DNA of 61,352 nt, filler included, from Syncephalis fuscata S228 (taxonomy: Eukaryota > Fungi > Zoopagomycota), in the NCBI GenBank assembly GCA_025786725.1. It is 3 parts of 3 records of this genome, joined end to end, with 100 filler letters (N's around TTAATTAATTAA, not from the genome) between each part and the next. Parts side by side here need not be neighbours in the genome. Positions count along the whole stretch, not along the records: positions 16,623 to 35,668 come from JAHLTZ010000177.1; positions 35,769 to 61,352 come from JAHLTZ010000118.1; 1 more part is not named here. One strand, 5' to 3'. Positions 23,681 through 38,218 of the stretch are shown one piece after another (position 1 is the stretch's first letter; every line of letters begins with the position of its first letter). The position numbers and the translations under genes were made by a program. The notes beneath the pieces are model-generated. The model saw nothing but the letters and a program-made list of their open reading frames with translations. It did not search any database and had not been told where the DNA came from.

Positions 23681-24646
23681 TTGAGTTATATTTACTACAA
23701 ATATATCGCTGGAAGTCTTTCAACAAGTAGAACATGGTTGGCATTACTGTTAATATTGGTATAATCAACTAAACTACGTAAATAAACAAAGTTTTAAATT
23801 AAAATTCATTGCATTTATTGTAATTAGCTTTTTTCTGTCAGGTAATTTGAGCTATTAGTATAAGTTAAAGCTATTTGATACTAATAGTATTATTTATTCA
23901 ATTGATACTAAACATTTAAGCTATTTTTTCCATTTCTTTCCTTCTTTGGTTGCTTGGTCAAAGCTACATCATTCTTTTTTATTGAATCAAAAGCATATTA
24001 GATTTTGTAATAAGAAATAACCACACTTGTTAAGCTATTACAGTTGTTAGTGTGTATTAAATAGTCAAATATGTATTTAATGCTTTTGCTTGTACATTTT
24101 TAACTTTACATTTAAAAATGTAGCAATATCATTTACAATTGCCAACAAGCTTAAACTTGTCAGTGGCAATCCTCGGTTTTTTGATACTGGTAAACATAAT
24201 CTTTTCAAATAATTTATTAGACATCGCATGTAATTGAAAAATACAGTTGGGCTATTGCAGTTACTTCTGGCACACAATACAATACTTTTATTACTTGATA
24301 TACACAATCATATAATTATTTGCACAATTGTAGCATAACATTAAGCTATCCAACCAGTTATTCAAGTTACATGATTAACACTTTACTAGCACATATTTAG
24401 TATCTTTGCCTTGACACTTGCTATTGTTGTATAGCCATGCGCCACTAACACGTGACTCTTTGTTCTATGCGCAGATACGCATGATAAGCACATGTTTTCT
24501 TCAAACAACTCGCCTATTTACACACAATCCTTATTGCTATTCACTTGTCCTTAGTATCTCGTTTCATATTCCACACGCTGAGCGTGCCATTCCGTTAACT
24601 TAATTACTCTATTCTGCTTCTATTTGCCGCAAAACAACAACTAATC

Positions 24647-25769
24647 ATGGGTGACAATACTGCCGACGCAGCCAATTTGGTGCTGAACAATATGGCAAGC
24701 GTAGCGAAAGTGTTTAGTGGCGCACGCACTGTATTATCTGAGTTTCAGCAAACAGTACAACAAATGCAAGAAACAGACAAAATGCATCGTACGTCCACTG
24801 CAATTACTGTATCAAATCAACATCAGCACCTTCAGCTTATTGACGGTGCCTATGTGACATCAACCGGCCTATGTGACCCGCCAATTAATCTATTTATTAA
24901 TACTGGAGAAACGCAGCGATGGGTATTCAATTCAAGTGTTCTGAAGTTCTCAACAAAAGGATGTGTTATATATGAAGTGCGTGACTTGAAAAACGGTCTA
25001 GGCTCCGACTTTGAGGAGCTAGTGAACTCAGATAGCGACGATTATGATACCGCAAAAACAGCTGCTAATGACGAAAAGAGATTACCCACTCAAAAAGAGC
25101 GTGTTTTTATTGTAGCTGGTGCATGGGCTGGCCTATGGAAGCGCAGTCGTATGATGCTCGGCGTATTTAGAACAACTGACAACTTTGCTTTGACATCAGA
25201 TCCTGGGCGACAAGGAGCCTATAAAGCCATAAAAGGCGAATTTTATCCTCCAGGTGCCCGTTTGCGTGTAGGTGGTCGTCTAGGCAGTGAAGGATTTTCA
25301 GTAACTGCACAAATGAACGAAAATAATCCAGCACGTATGACGGTGGTTCTTGAGCATTGGGATTGTTGCGATACAGAGGAAGGTGGCTATGTAGCTACAA
25401 GGTAATTAACAGCAGTTTTTAATTAATACGAATTAAGTAATAGCTAAATTGTATTGATATAGAGCCAGAGGTGAAAATGATGTCACTTTTGCAAAATACA
25501 CGCCACCAACTTTGCAAACACCGCTATTTGTAAGACCACGTAACTATATTTCCAAGGAAGACGACGAAGAGGAAGAGGAAGAGGAAGAGAAAGAAGAAGT
25601 AGTAGTAGAGAAAGTAGAGAAAGAAGAAAAAAAAGATGCTGCTCCTACTGGTGATGCCGAACCAACATTTAGTAGCATAGGTGATGCTACACAGGCTATT
25701 CTAGATGTAGTGGGTGGTCTTGGTGATAATAACAAGCCAGAAGACGAAAAAGCTGAACAAAAGGAATAA
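24647..25769 (+). CDS. Actinoporin-like protein, paralog 2, with acidic C-terminal tail (intron 25402-25462)
   Basis: ADAANLVLNN helix, TAITVSN, YVTSTG, STKGCVIY; phase-2 intron at the same relative place as in paralog 1. Confidence 0.62.
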
Positions 25770-26465
25770 CATTACTTTAAAATACTAAAAGATTATCAGT
25801 CAAGTGTTATTATCTAAGAAGACTGGTGTGGTATTTTTCAACTTTTCCTTTATATTATTACAAGCAATATGATTTATTTTATTAAACTATTTTACATATT
25901 AAACTACAGTGAACATCACAGTAAAAACAGCAATAGTTTTGTTTAGTTGGTCATTAATATATATATATATATAATATGTATCAAAAACTACGCTATTCAA
26001 CATAGTTGAATACTAATAATAGCCTTTTAATCTATACAAGAACTGAGCACAATAGCATTGTAACCTATTATTTCTTGTATACAAACATCATCAATATACC
26101 AATTGAATCATTTCCATCTCAACGCACGTCACAATAAGGCGTTGTTGTCTTTATTTACAATTAGAATGAAACGAAATAAGTCATCAAACACACGCACACG
26201 CATGTTATATTGATTGTGTGCCATATGACTGTAACACATCAATAAAATCTGCTACAATTATAAACATACGTATTTACATACGCAACTGTGTCGCACTTTC
26301 AATATATATACACCATCATTCCATTAAATCGACAATGAACAACTTCTTTCCCTTCTTTCGTGCCATTACATATTACACCCTCTAACCGACGATTAGCGTA
26401 GAACGGATTGCTTGTTCAGGTCCAGTACTGGCTGTTGTATCTATACAGCGACAGAAATAAGCACA

Positions 26466-29400
26466 ATGTATCGCTCGGTATCCTCTTCTTCTCGATACTC
26501 TGCTTCGCCTCCTACATCAACACTTAGCACTAGTCAGGCTAGTCAGTCAGGCGGCGGATTAAGCGCAGGAGCAGTTCAAACAGGCGGTAGTGGCAGTAAC
26601 GGTGGCGCTAGCGGTGGCGGCAACTTTGGTTCTAATAGCCGATCAAGTCTTTCGGGAGCTGGCGCCCATCGACTAGAGCAAATCTTGCAGAATTTCTACT
26701 TGAAAACCGCACAGATCATCACGCAGTCTAGACAATCGGGCGTCAATGCGTCTAGTCATTCTAAAGATCCATTGCGGCAACCGTCGTTGGATACGCTCAA
26801 CAGCACCTCTACAGGACGACCGAGCGGCCAGCCACGCAAAACAAACAAATGGGTAGGTAGTAGTGTAGCTAACGAACGGAGATGAACGAATGAATATACT
26901 GACCGGGGTTTATAGTTTAACATGGAGCTAGAAGATACAGACGAGTTGCGAGACGAGTTAAAATTATGGAAAGCGACGGCTGTACTTTCGGTAACGCCAC
27001 CACCACCCATGATTATCGAAGTGTTTGTCGATTGTAGTGATTTGGCACCTTCACAAATACCTGTGTTAATGGACGGCGATCAAGGTAGAAAGGCCAAAAT
27101 TGAAGGCATTTCAACAAATAGTGGTGGCCATCTGGGATTTGGAAGCCATCGTCGAAGTACCATTTTGCTAGAATCATGGCAATTAACACTTGAGTAAGTA
27201 TTATTTACGAGTAATATCGATCAATATTAACGTGAAATTAATAGTACACAAGCCTCTTCATCGCTACCCGAGCTGCCCACACTTTATAAGCGATGTATTA
27301 TGTTCTTTCGTGCTCTGTTCACCTACACTCGCCTGTTGCCATCATATCGATTATGTCGACGTTTACGCCGATCACTAGGCCAATCGATACCGTTGCATAT
27401 TGGTTATCGATTTACAACGGTGACTAGTGCACGACCCGATGAAATCCAGCTTGAAATGCCTCTAACTGATCTTGAGCCACGTCCTATTACAAATACACAT
27501 CGTTTTGAAACGGTAGATACACCCGCCGGCTTGTTTACACTACAAGTGACCTATCGACAATACTGTGAATTAACGGTCAATGATCCAGAACAGCTGCTTA
27601 GTTCAAGCCTAGTTGATATGGAAGAAAACTATTTCTCACCATCATTGGTACAAGAATCTAGAATGCGCAGCTTACTTCAACGAGACCTTAAAAGAGATGG
27701 CGAACTAAGCATGCCTTCTTCTCCTGTCAATACAGTAAGTAGTAATAACAATAGCGATAGCAATAATAATACTCTGATTTAATTTATTAATTATATAATA
27801 ATAATATAGTCGGCTTTACATGCTCAATCGTGGCGAACTGGCTCATCACTTCGGCCTATGCCTGCTTCATTTCCCAATCCAGCACCAAGTGCTTTTTTTT
27901 CTTTAGGCGAAGGTACGCCCACTTCTACCATCAGCAACGGACCTGAAGAAGATCCAAATCCCGCGGCCACATTGCCATTGGACGGATCACCGATATTTAG
28001 TCCGCCTCTCTTTTCAACGACTGGTCATGCACCGACTGAATCGAGAATGCGTTCATTATTGTCGCAAACATCAGCCTATAGTACAACTGATTCACCACCA
28101 CCATTCTCTAATCCTATAGACATGGTAAGTATTATTATAGCAATAATAGCAATAATAATAACAATAGTATTGACTCATGATGATGATTATAGCATAGGCT
28201 AGCCCATCGATCATCACGTGGATCAATGAAATCGGTAGCTTCACGTTCCAGTTCTCGTCCACCATCAATTGTATCTTCGTCGCCACGTGATACTACTCAT
28301 TTCATAGCAGGTGGTCATCGGGCATCAACATCTATTGGATCAGCAGTCATTGCCACCACACCATCACATATTAATAATAACACTACAAATGTGAATACAC
28401 ATACAAATATTAATACGGTCACACCACCCTCTGTATCTAACATTTATGCTGGCATGGTCATGGATCGATCATCTTCAGGAAGACCACCGTCATTTACTTC
28501 AATGTCGCCCCATGATATATTTCCACCCCGTAGTTCTCCTGCCTCTAAAGGATCACCTTCATTGTACGCAATGCATCAAGCAGGCCATAGCTATAGCAAT
28601 AGCGGTAATATGGATGCTGGTACAGTACCGTCACCTCAAACATCTGGCGGTATTCTACCGTCATTTACATTGCCTTTTGCTGTAGCCATTCCATCTCAAC
28701 GACTATCGGGTGCATCTATTTCATCGCAAGATGTAGTGCCACCCCGAACATTACCTGTTCATTCAGGATCAAGTAACTTGGCCAGACGTACTTCTAACTC
28801 ACAATCAGGTAATAATAATAATAACAATAAGTATTTATATAACAAGTAATTAACACCAGTAAATCAAATAGTCAGAAGGGGTCGTAGCAATACAAGACAA
28901 AGTGATGAAAGTATTACTAGTGAGCGGCGTCTTTCACGTGGATCTGTACGCTCGGTAAGTTTATTAGTACTAAACAGTTAAATGTATATTTATTATGATA
29001 TATAGTTTACAGCAACTGCATCGCAAAAGGATGTTGACGATGTGGCCTCATTTGTGCATATGATTGATACGCATATGTCGATGCAATTAAGTGGAGGCAA
29101 TGGTGGAGAAGCTAGCAGTGGGCCAAATGCATCATCACGTAGACAATCCTCAGATAGACGTCTATCAATTGGTATAGGCCATACGAGTAATACTTCATTA
29201 CTACTCCATAATACTGATCATGCCTTATCAAGATTTCAACAACTGCGTGATGAAACAAATCTACTTACTGAATCGATGCAACTAGGCCATGCCTTGTCAT
29301 CATCACAGCATCCATCTCAGTTAGTGGGTGCATCTGGTCTACCACCACCATCCACATCAACTATATCGTCGATCTCCTCAATGGCCACTACAGGACGTGG

Positions 29401-29992
29401 TCGACCTACTTCACGCCATTCATTCACTAATCTTATACTGCCTCATCGACGTACACCGAGCAATGGCAGCATTAATAGTGAACGAACACCAGGGCCTATA
29501 ATACGTCATTCAAGAGCCAATACATTAGAGGGTGATAGCGATCAGCCCAGTTCATCGTTACCATTTGCTTCATCGATACCACCAGCCTCTGAGCCAGTAT
29601 CTAATGAACCACTGTCGACAGCACCAGACTCGCCTTCAATGGCATGTGCACCATTATTGGCCATTGCTGATCGGCCATTCTTAGCAGATGACTTGCCTGT
29701 CCCACTGGCCGATGAAGCAATGAATGATTCGCCTATGAATCCCAATACACATGTTAGACGTATGTCATTAGTGACACGTGTTCCTAATACTGGTCTATCA
29801 TTGGAGGATGCATCAATAGCGAATACGGATGAGCAACCAGATAACTCGTTGTTATCACAGCCATCAAGAGAATTTGGCGGCAATAGTCTAGAAGATGATG
29901 GTATGATATTCGGCTTGGCTGATTTATCATTCGGCGAACGAAGTGCCGGTAGTGGAGGTGCTGTAGGACCTCATCGACCGCCTCATTGGTAA
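26466..29992 (+). CDS. ATG13: Autophagy protein Atg13 (HORMA domain plus long disordered tail), multi-exon
   Basis: LEQILQNFYLKTAQII.QSR, NKWFN.EL, ILLESW, FRALFTYTRLLPSY and V.YRQYC motifs; Ser-rich C-terminal half. Confidence 0.93.
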
Positions 29993-30295
29993 AAAGAGTG
30001 GAAATTAGTATATATGTATGTATCTATGTGGATATGTATCCAAGTATCTATGTGCGTGTATTTAGAAAGAAAGAAAAGAAGAAAATGGCTGGTAAAAAGA
30101 AACTAGGTTCAATGTTATTTGTTAGTTGTTTCTTTTGTATATTATTTTAATTCCCTATCCAATATTATCTATCATAATCATTATACGATAATAAATAATT
30201 ATATATTATTATTAAAGTAATAATATAGGAATAATTAGTTAATTAATTACATTTAATATAATAATCACACATCTTATAACCAAGCAATATATCTG

Positions 30296-33078
30296 TATTC
30301 TAGCATTATTGTATGGTGTTGGACTTTGCTACTTGTTAACGATTACCCTAATGTTCAGAATAAAACGTGTTGGTGAGTCAATATTGATTTAGTAATAATA
30401 ATTTAGATATAATAAACGGAATAGCTTGCATGATACTATGAGTAATAAAGTAAAACTAGAAATCGAGTATATTTTATTGATACTAAATAAGGTTGCTGCT
30501 TTGTAGTAGGCATAACTAATAGTAAAACCAAATGCTTTAGTATTACACTATCAATGCAATGTTATTAGTTCGTAAAAACAAGTATTTACTGGTTATATTA
30601 TTGTAATACTTTATTGTTAGTAGTCGGTGCTGATATCCAATAGTGTATTGTTCTTATGATCAATCATATGTGCTTTTAACAGGCCACTCAACAACACAGT
30701 GTAATGCTTGGCTGTGCTTCATAACAATACAATCATCATATGGTTGTAATACTTGATTTTTAATAGCTATCACCGCAGTAAAATGGCGACATGACACTAG
30801 TGTATAAATTTAAATATAAAAAGTATTGCACTAATGCTACGATAGTATGTAGCAATATCGAAAGAGTACTTTTAATGTAATTAGATGGCATGACTTAATG
30901 TATGTAAGTTAAAAAACAATAGTAGTTGTTTGATTGATGAACTGTTGACCATAATATGTATAACTTTACGTAAAATAAAGTAAATCGCCTGATATTTTGT
31001 ACAAATATGCTTATGGCGTATAGGTAGCTATTGGCAAAGTATACCGTTATTAAGTTGTGTGGTAATGTAATGATTTTAATAATACGCTAATAAATGTGTA
31101 AAAATAGCAGTTTTTTACTGTTCATAACTTATATACTTAAAATACAGCAAAATGATTGCCGGATTCGAGTTCTTCGTGCTTAGTTATACAGATTAGTACA
31201 AGAATTGGAACAAAAGTTTTGCAAAAAAATGTTAGTCAAAAATCCAATTTACGTATTTTTAATTTATTTGGTAAAACGCCAATAATATTACGTATAACTT
31301 TACGTATAATCAAGTAGATTGTCTGATATTTTGCACAAGTATGCACATAACATATAGATAGCCATTGGCAAAGTATACCGTTATTGTATTGCATAATAGT
31401 GCAATGGTAGCGATAATACGCTAATAAATGTGCAAAAATAGTCGTTTTTTACCATTCATGACTTGTATACTTAAAATACAGCAAAATGATTGCTGGATTC
31501 GAGTTCTCCGTGCTTAGTTATACAGATCAGTATAAGAATTAAAGCAATGATTTTTGCAACAAAAATTGGTCGAAAATGCAATTTGAGTATTTGTTAACTA
31601 GAATTACGTTATACGTATACATATAGCATAACTCGCTGCTGTGCATTGCTATTTTAACATAATTACTTGCTATCATGCTTGTTTTAGCACTGTAGAGCGC
31701 TGTAGATTTACTTTAGATTAACTTTTATTTTTGTTATTAAATCTTTAAATTCGTGGGATTTGCATAATTTCTTGTCAACTAATAACACGTAAATTGCATT
31801 TTTGATCAATTTTTGTTGCAAAAATCATTGCTTCAATTTTTATACTGATCTGTATAACTAAGCACGGAGAACTCGAATCCAGCAATCATTTTACTGTATT
31901 TTAAGTATACAAGTCATGAATGGTAAGAAACGACTATTTTTGCACATTTATTGGCGTATTATCACTACCATTGCACTATTATGCAATACAGTAACAATAT
32001 ACTTTGCCAATAGCTATCTATATGATATGTTCATACTTGTACAAAATATCAGACAATCTACTTGATTATACGTAAAGTTATACGTAATATTATTGGCGTT
32101 TTACCAAATAAATTAAAAATACGTAAATTGGATTTTTGACTAACATTTTTTTGCAAAACTTTTGTTCCAATTCTTGTACTAATCTGTATAACTAAGCACG
32201 AAGAACTCGAATCCGGCAATCATTTTGCTGTATTTTAAGTATATAAGTTATGAACAGTAAAAAACTGCTATTTTTACACATTTATTAGCGTATTATTAAA
32301 ATCATTACATTACCACACAACTTAATAACGGTATACTTTGCCAATAGCTACCTATACGCCATAAGCATATTTGTACAAAATATCAGGCGATTTACTTTAT
32401 TTTACGTAAAGTTATACATATTATGGTCAACAGTTCATCAATCAAACAACTACTATTGTTTTTTAACTTACATACATTAAGTCATGCCATCTAATTACAT
32501 TAAAAGTACTCTTTCGATATTGCTACATACTATCGTAGCATTAGTGCAATACTTTTTATATTTAAATTTATACACTAGTGTCATGTCGCCATTTTACTGC
32601 GGTGATAGCTATTAAAAATCAAGTATTACAACCATATGATGATTGTATTGTTATGAAGCACAGCCAAGCATTACACTGTGTTGTTGAGTGGCCTGTTAAA
32701 AGCACATATGATTGATCATAAGAACAATACACTATTGGATATCAGCACCGACTACTAACAATAAAGTATTACAATAATATAACCAGTAAATACTTGTTTT
32801 TACGAACTAATAACATTGCATTGATAGTGTAATACTAAAGCATTTGGTTTTACTATTAGTTATGCCTACTACAAAGCAGCAACCTTATTTAGTATCAATA
32901 AAATATACTCGATTTCTAGTTTTACTTTATTACTCATAGTATCATGCAAGCTATTCCGTTTATTATATCTAAATTATTATTACTAAATCAATATTGACTC
33001 ACCAACACGTTTTATTCTGAACATTAGGGTAATCGTTAACAAGTAGCAAGTCCAACACCATGCAATAATGCTAGAATA
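30296..33078. repeat. Large palindrome / foldback-like element: ~1.29-kb arms (30296-31584, 31791-33078) and ~0.2-kb spacer
   Basis: Arms are reverse complements; each contains a ~334-bp tandem duplication; no ORFs. Confidence 0.95.
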
Positions 33079-33134
33079 TGGTGCTGCTTGGCCATTAAGT
33101 TAAAACTCTTAAAAGCAAAATTGCAACGTAATTT

Positions 33135-33590
33135 AACGTGATTTGGGAATCAAATGAGTATAGACAATATTTGTGCAATTAAACTAACCACCCGTTTTAT
33201 TGAAGATAAAATGGAATAGTGAGTTTGCTAATTTAAGTTAATAAATAAAATAAGTATAAATCTCCAATGTATAGAGCTATTACTAAACAAACAATAGTTT
33301 GAATTAGAGCAATTTCAATTAGTCATTAAATAATATATAGTAGAATAAATAAATAATGAAGAGTGTGTGATTACAATTAATAAAGTGTGCTCAAGTCTAT
33401 AAAAACAAAATATGATTGACATATAATATTTATATAAATAGATAGAAGATATATGAATACAGGATAGTGATAGTGATTATTTTGATCATTGATGTCACTC
33501 ACCACCCAGTTCTATGTTCAATAGAATAATGCTATCGATTATAGCCATTTGACTATCAAATCATATTAAATTGTTAATAAATTGTTTAAA
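33135..33590. mobile_element. Degenerate member of the CAAATGACTA...GGTGGTGAGT MITE-like family
   Basis: Diverged core at ~33135-33225 (+) and ~33480-33590 (-). Confidence 0.5.
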
Positions 33591-35668
33591 TAAACAGTGT
33601 AGTGATAGTCGTATCTAGTGTATTGTATTCTAGTTATCTACATGCCAATAGCTTTTTAATTAAGCAAATATAATGCAACTCGAATTTAAAAAGTACGATA
33701 AACTATAAACAACAGTAACAGAGTTAACACTACAATATTATGTCGTCTCACTAAACACATTATACACTTTATTGGGATTATTTTGGTTTAATATACATAA
33801 CTTCCTCTTTGCCACCACTGCCACTTTGTTTATTTAACTAACACAATTAAAGTGCGCAACAATACCAGCTAACACTTGGCTGGATAAAAAACCAAATGAA
33901 TACATATTCCCACCAGTTGGAAAACCACGTCAAGTGATAGCATTAACAGCAATACATAGTACTACTATTGATACTTGTACCAATAAAGGCGATAATTGGT
34001 ATTGTAAGCCACATGCAAAAATGCTGGCGAATGATGAAAAGTGCAATCCGGATATATTTGTCGTCCCGATACCAATGTTTGAATGACTATAACAAATGTT
34101 TGTTAGTATTGTTTAGTATTATAAAGTGCCTACACCTAATTGATTGTTGTTCGTGTATAGTTTATAGTGTACATATAGCATGGTTGTTTTGTTGTTTGGA
34201 TATTATTACTAGTTGTTATACAATACAATAAATAAATTAAAATGTTGTTGAAAGTTGCTAATCAAGATAGCATTTAATATAGAAACTATGCGTCCACCAG
34301 GAGTACCGACAGTACTACGACTTGGGCGTAAGTAACATTTGTCAGATGCACATAGCTTATATTAATCACCATCAGGATGATGATGTTGTTTAATAATGCT
34401 ATAATACAATGTAGTAATTCAAGTGGAGCAATAAGCAGCACTAAACTACGGATTCACCCATTTGTAGTTAGTGTGTAAAGCCAACACATATGAGTACTAC
34501 AACATACTACAACTAAACAACACATGCCATATGCTGATATGTCATTATGAGATCACAATATAGTGCAGTCTTTGCCACGTCGTAACCAGCCGCAGAATAC
34601 CATTTAACGTTCGGTTGCTAGACCTATAGAGATTCAACGTCTTTGCACAGACTTTAAGACGGCGGTAGAGCATTAAAGGATATTTGAGACCGCTACTATA
34701 CTGTGATTCATTCAACAACACCCACAAATAAACAGTACAATATATGTCCATCTATTACAGGCATTCACATATCACACCAATCTAGTGCGTGATTGCAGTG
34801 TTCAGCAAGTTGAACACTACCAACACACCTCCAGCGCGCGTTACAAACAGGTGAGCACTAACATATGGCCACCCATTACAGATCGCCGCATCCATATGAA
34901 GGAAACACGCAGCAATAACTGACTTGCTAAATACTGTTACTGCATGCTCTAGCCTTTACAGGAGGGGCATAGACGATACTATCTAATGCTGTACGCCCTA
35001 GCGCCCCCATGAGAGAGCGTGCAGCAATACCGACTTATGCCTATTACTGCACGCTCCAGCATCCCACATATCTCCGCACTACACTAGTATACAGCCGCCT
35101 ATTACGGGCAGCCATATAATTGTTGAGCCAGTATAATACAGCATCTGCAAATACTGTATTGCACATTCAACACAGCTCACAAGTAAGAACACAGTATATC
35201 GTGATCAACCAACAAGGGACACACACCACTGATGTAACTACTAGACAATGCTCCATTAACAAGCGGTTTACAGCACATTAACAACTAGAAACAGAAGAAG
35301 GCGAGGTAATGAGCAAAAGTAATCTCAACACAGCCTTATAAAATTGCCTAAAACATATCTACCAATTAGAATGCAATATTGGTAATAGTATGTGGCAACT
35401 GTTCATTGGCGTATTGCAACGACTGAACCTTCTAATGCCAGATACCATCTTATCAGTATATTGGATTAATCCTTCCTTATTTCATATTTGCTCACTTTTT
35501 GCCTTCCATTTGCCGGTCATTTCCGCGCATAATCAGCATATCTACACTGGCTAGTTGAATCAATTGGCCAATACAACTGAAACATAGCCAAATGCGACCA
35601 TTCTTAATCAGTTGTACCACTATAATAGCGGCTCTTTCCGATGCTATCAATATTTTTCAGGGTCTAGC

Positions 35669-35768
35669 NNNNNNNNNNNNNNNNNNNNNNNNNNNNNNNN
35701 NNNNNNNNNNNNTTAATTAATTAANNNNNNNNNNNNNNNNNNNNNNNNNNNNNNNNNNNNNNNNNNNN
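35669..35768. other. Artificial 100-bp gap/linker
   Basis: N run with central TTAATTAATTAA. Confidence 0.97.
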
Positions 35769-35990
35769 CATATGTAACTATTAGTTCATTGGGTAATTAG
35801 AGTATGTTATATAGTTTCAAATACTATCATTTACATAGCATAGCTTGCATATAGCGTTGACCTTGCGTGTCATATCAGTGGATCGCAATTCATTGCGAAT
35901 CTCGTCCATTCTACTAGTAATGTACTTCTTTTCATTGCGCTTATTCGATCGCAAGCCGCGAATAAGATCGGTCAATGTACTGCGGAACAT
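35769..35990 (-). CDS. APL5: AP-3 complex delta subunit, 5' fragment
   Basis: MFRSTLTDLIRGLRSNK..E..YI...EIRNEL...K.NAICKLCY then LHM after an intron; cut at the gap. Confidence 0.88.
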
Positions 35991-36125
35991 GATGGCCACA
36001 GAAAAAAGCCGGCTAATAAGAAGAGAAAGTAAAGGTATAAACGATAGGCAGATGAAGAGTAAATAGTACGGCTTAGGAGACAATTGAATGAACTGACGAA
36101 ATAGGCATCACTTAATAAATGTGTG

Positions 36126-36133
36126 TGACGTCA
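36126..36133. promoter_or_regulatory. CRE/ATF palindrome TGACGTCA in the 220-bp divergent APL5-FSH intergenic region
   Basis: Exact consensus between two head-to-head genes. Confidence 0.4.
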
Positions 36134-36210
36134 ATGAAGAGCGGTGATTGCATTCTTTTTGCGCTTCATTATTTTTTTCCTTTGATTTCCCTGCACTTTT
36201 CTATTTAGTT

Positions 36211-37259
36211 ATGTCGACTTCGGCTCCATTAAAAATACTCTGTCTACATGGCTATATGCAAAATGGCCAAGTATTACGCCGTAAGATGGGTGCTGTGCGT
36301 AAAAAGTTAAAAAACGTAGCAGAATTAGGTATATTACAAGCTAGTTAGCTACTTAGTGTATATATATATTAACACTGATTGCTATAGTATTCATAACATC
36401 ATCGCATCCAGTGCCTATGCCAAAGAATATAACTGAATTAGAGCAAGCTCGGTTACAGAAATTGTATAATTCAGAAGGAGGAGGTAAGTGCGATATATTC
36501 ACTATAAAGCATTATACTTATGTCTATAATAATGCCACTAGAACTACATCCATATGCTTGGTGGTTTGGCTCAGAGGACGGTTTGATCTACAGAGGAGCT
36601 GAAGAATCGTTGAAACAGATTAGAGATGTACTTGCAGAACAGGTTAGTACAATTGTAATAAAGAATACATTATTAAACTAAGAGTAGGGACCATTTGATG
36701 GTATATTTGGCTTTTCGCAAGGTAAATGATAATATATAGTAAATATTAATACTTAGTATTTGTAAAAGGCGCGGTGTTTGCTTCAATGCTTGCATCAATT
36801 TATAGTAAACCAGATCATCCATTAAGATATGGTAGCAGCCATTCAGCCTTTCAATTCTTCATGCTAGTTTCTGGATTTAAAGCGCGTAGTCCTGATTATG
36901 CATCGTTATACGAAACGCCTATTAAGTGTCCAAGTTTTCATGCTATTGGCGCTGAGGATCTTGTTGTACCATCTGGTAAGTAATTGAACAGTTAAACATT
37001 GGCGGTTATTAATAATATGTTAAAGCGGCATCAGAAGCACTGGCTAAGCTATTCGATAATCCTACAGTATATCGACATGATGGCGCGTAAGTAATAAACA
37101 GGATATATATATATAATTATACTATAACTTATAAGTTATTTATTAAGACATGTTATCCCAACCAATGCTGCTGCCCGACTTGCTTTTACTGAATTTATTA
37201 AGCCGTTTGTAACTGGTTCTCCCTCGTTAATGGATATTGAATCCATCCCCAAAATTTAA
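36211..37259 (+). CDS. FSH1/OVCA2-family serine hydrolase, multi-exon
   Basis: LKILCLHGYMQNG, GPFDGIFGFSQGA, H.IG.ED.VVP and HDG.HVIP motifs. Confidence 0.93.
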
Positions 37260-38218
37260 AACAATAATAATGATAATGAATTTTAACAAAAATCATATTT
37301 AATACTTGTAATTAATTGTAACACCTTTATTAATAGATTGATTTAGATAAAAGAATGTAACATACTATCTGATTTCATTGAAACATTTGAGGTTGATTAT
37401 TGTTGTTGTTGGCCATGTGTAGAAAGATTGTTCGAATATTAATAGAAGCCATATGGTTGCAATTCCATATCATTTCACAGTCGTTGTTATACTAATATAT
37501 CCATGCTATGTACCATTACATTTATAACAACTTTGACATTTATTGGTTGAGTTAAATAAACCGTATCATCATATAAAATATTGTATGTCATTTAACATTA
37601 TTATACAATATAATTGAAGCTATTACCCATTTAGTATGATTTGATGTTAAATGACTAGATTTAATAATATTTATTTTATTGAATATGGCGATGGATGGTG
37701 AGTGCCATTAAATATCCAATTATACTGATTTGAGTACTTACAGAAACAACACATGGATTAACATTATTATTACTATTATTTATCTATTTGTTATATTTTA
37801 ATAATGTTAAATACTGTTTAGCATTTATTAATACTAATATCGAATATTGAAAATAGTACAGACTGATTCATTCAAACTAATTCAAATGTAGCTGACATAG
37901 CACTGTTTCAACAAACAACAGTTCTTAGTGTTGAAAACTAATTGGCAGTTTTATTACTATTATTTTGTTAAAATGGAATTACAAGTTCATTATTATAAGC
38001 CTGCACAATCGAATAGGAGCAACCAATTGTAAACTTGTTAATAAAATAATAATTTTATTGATTAAAGTGCATAAACCGGAGCATTGGCCAGTAACTGGTA
38101 TGTAAGTCGACTGAACGGCGTAGTTGCTAGATGCTTTTGCTTTTGACGAATATATATCTAAAGTGATCGGGATAGCGGTTTGGTTGCACTACCAATGCTA
38201 ATGTCTTGAGATAATTGA

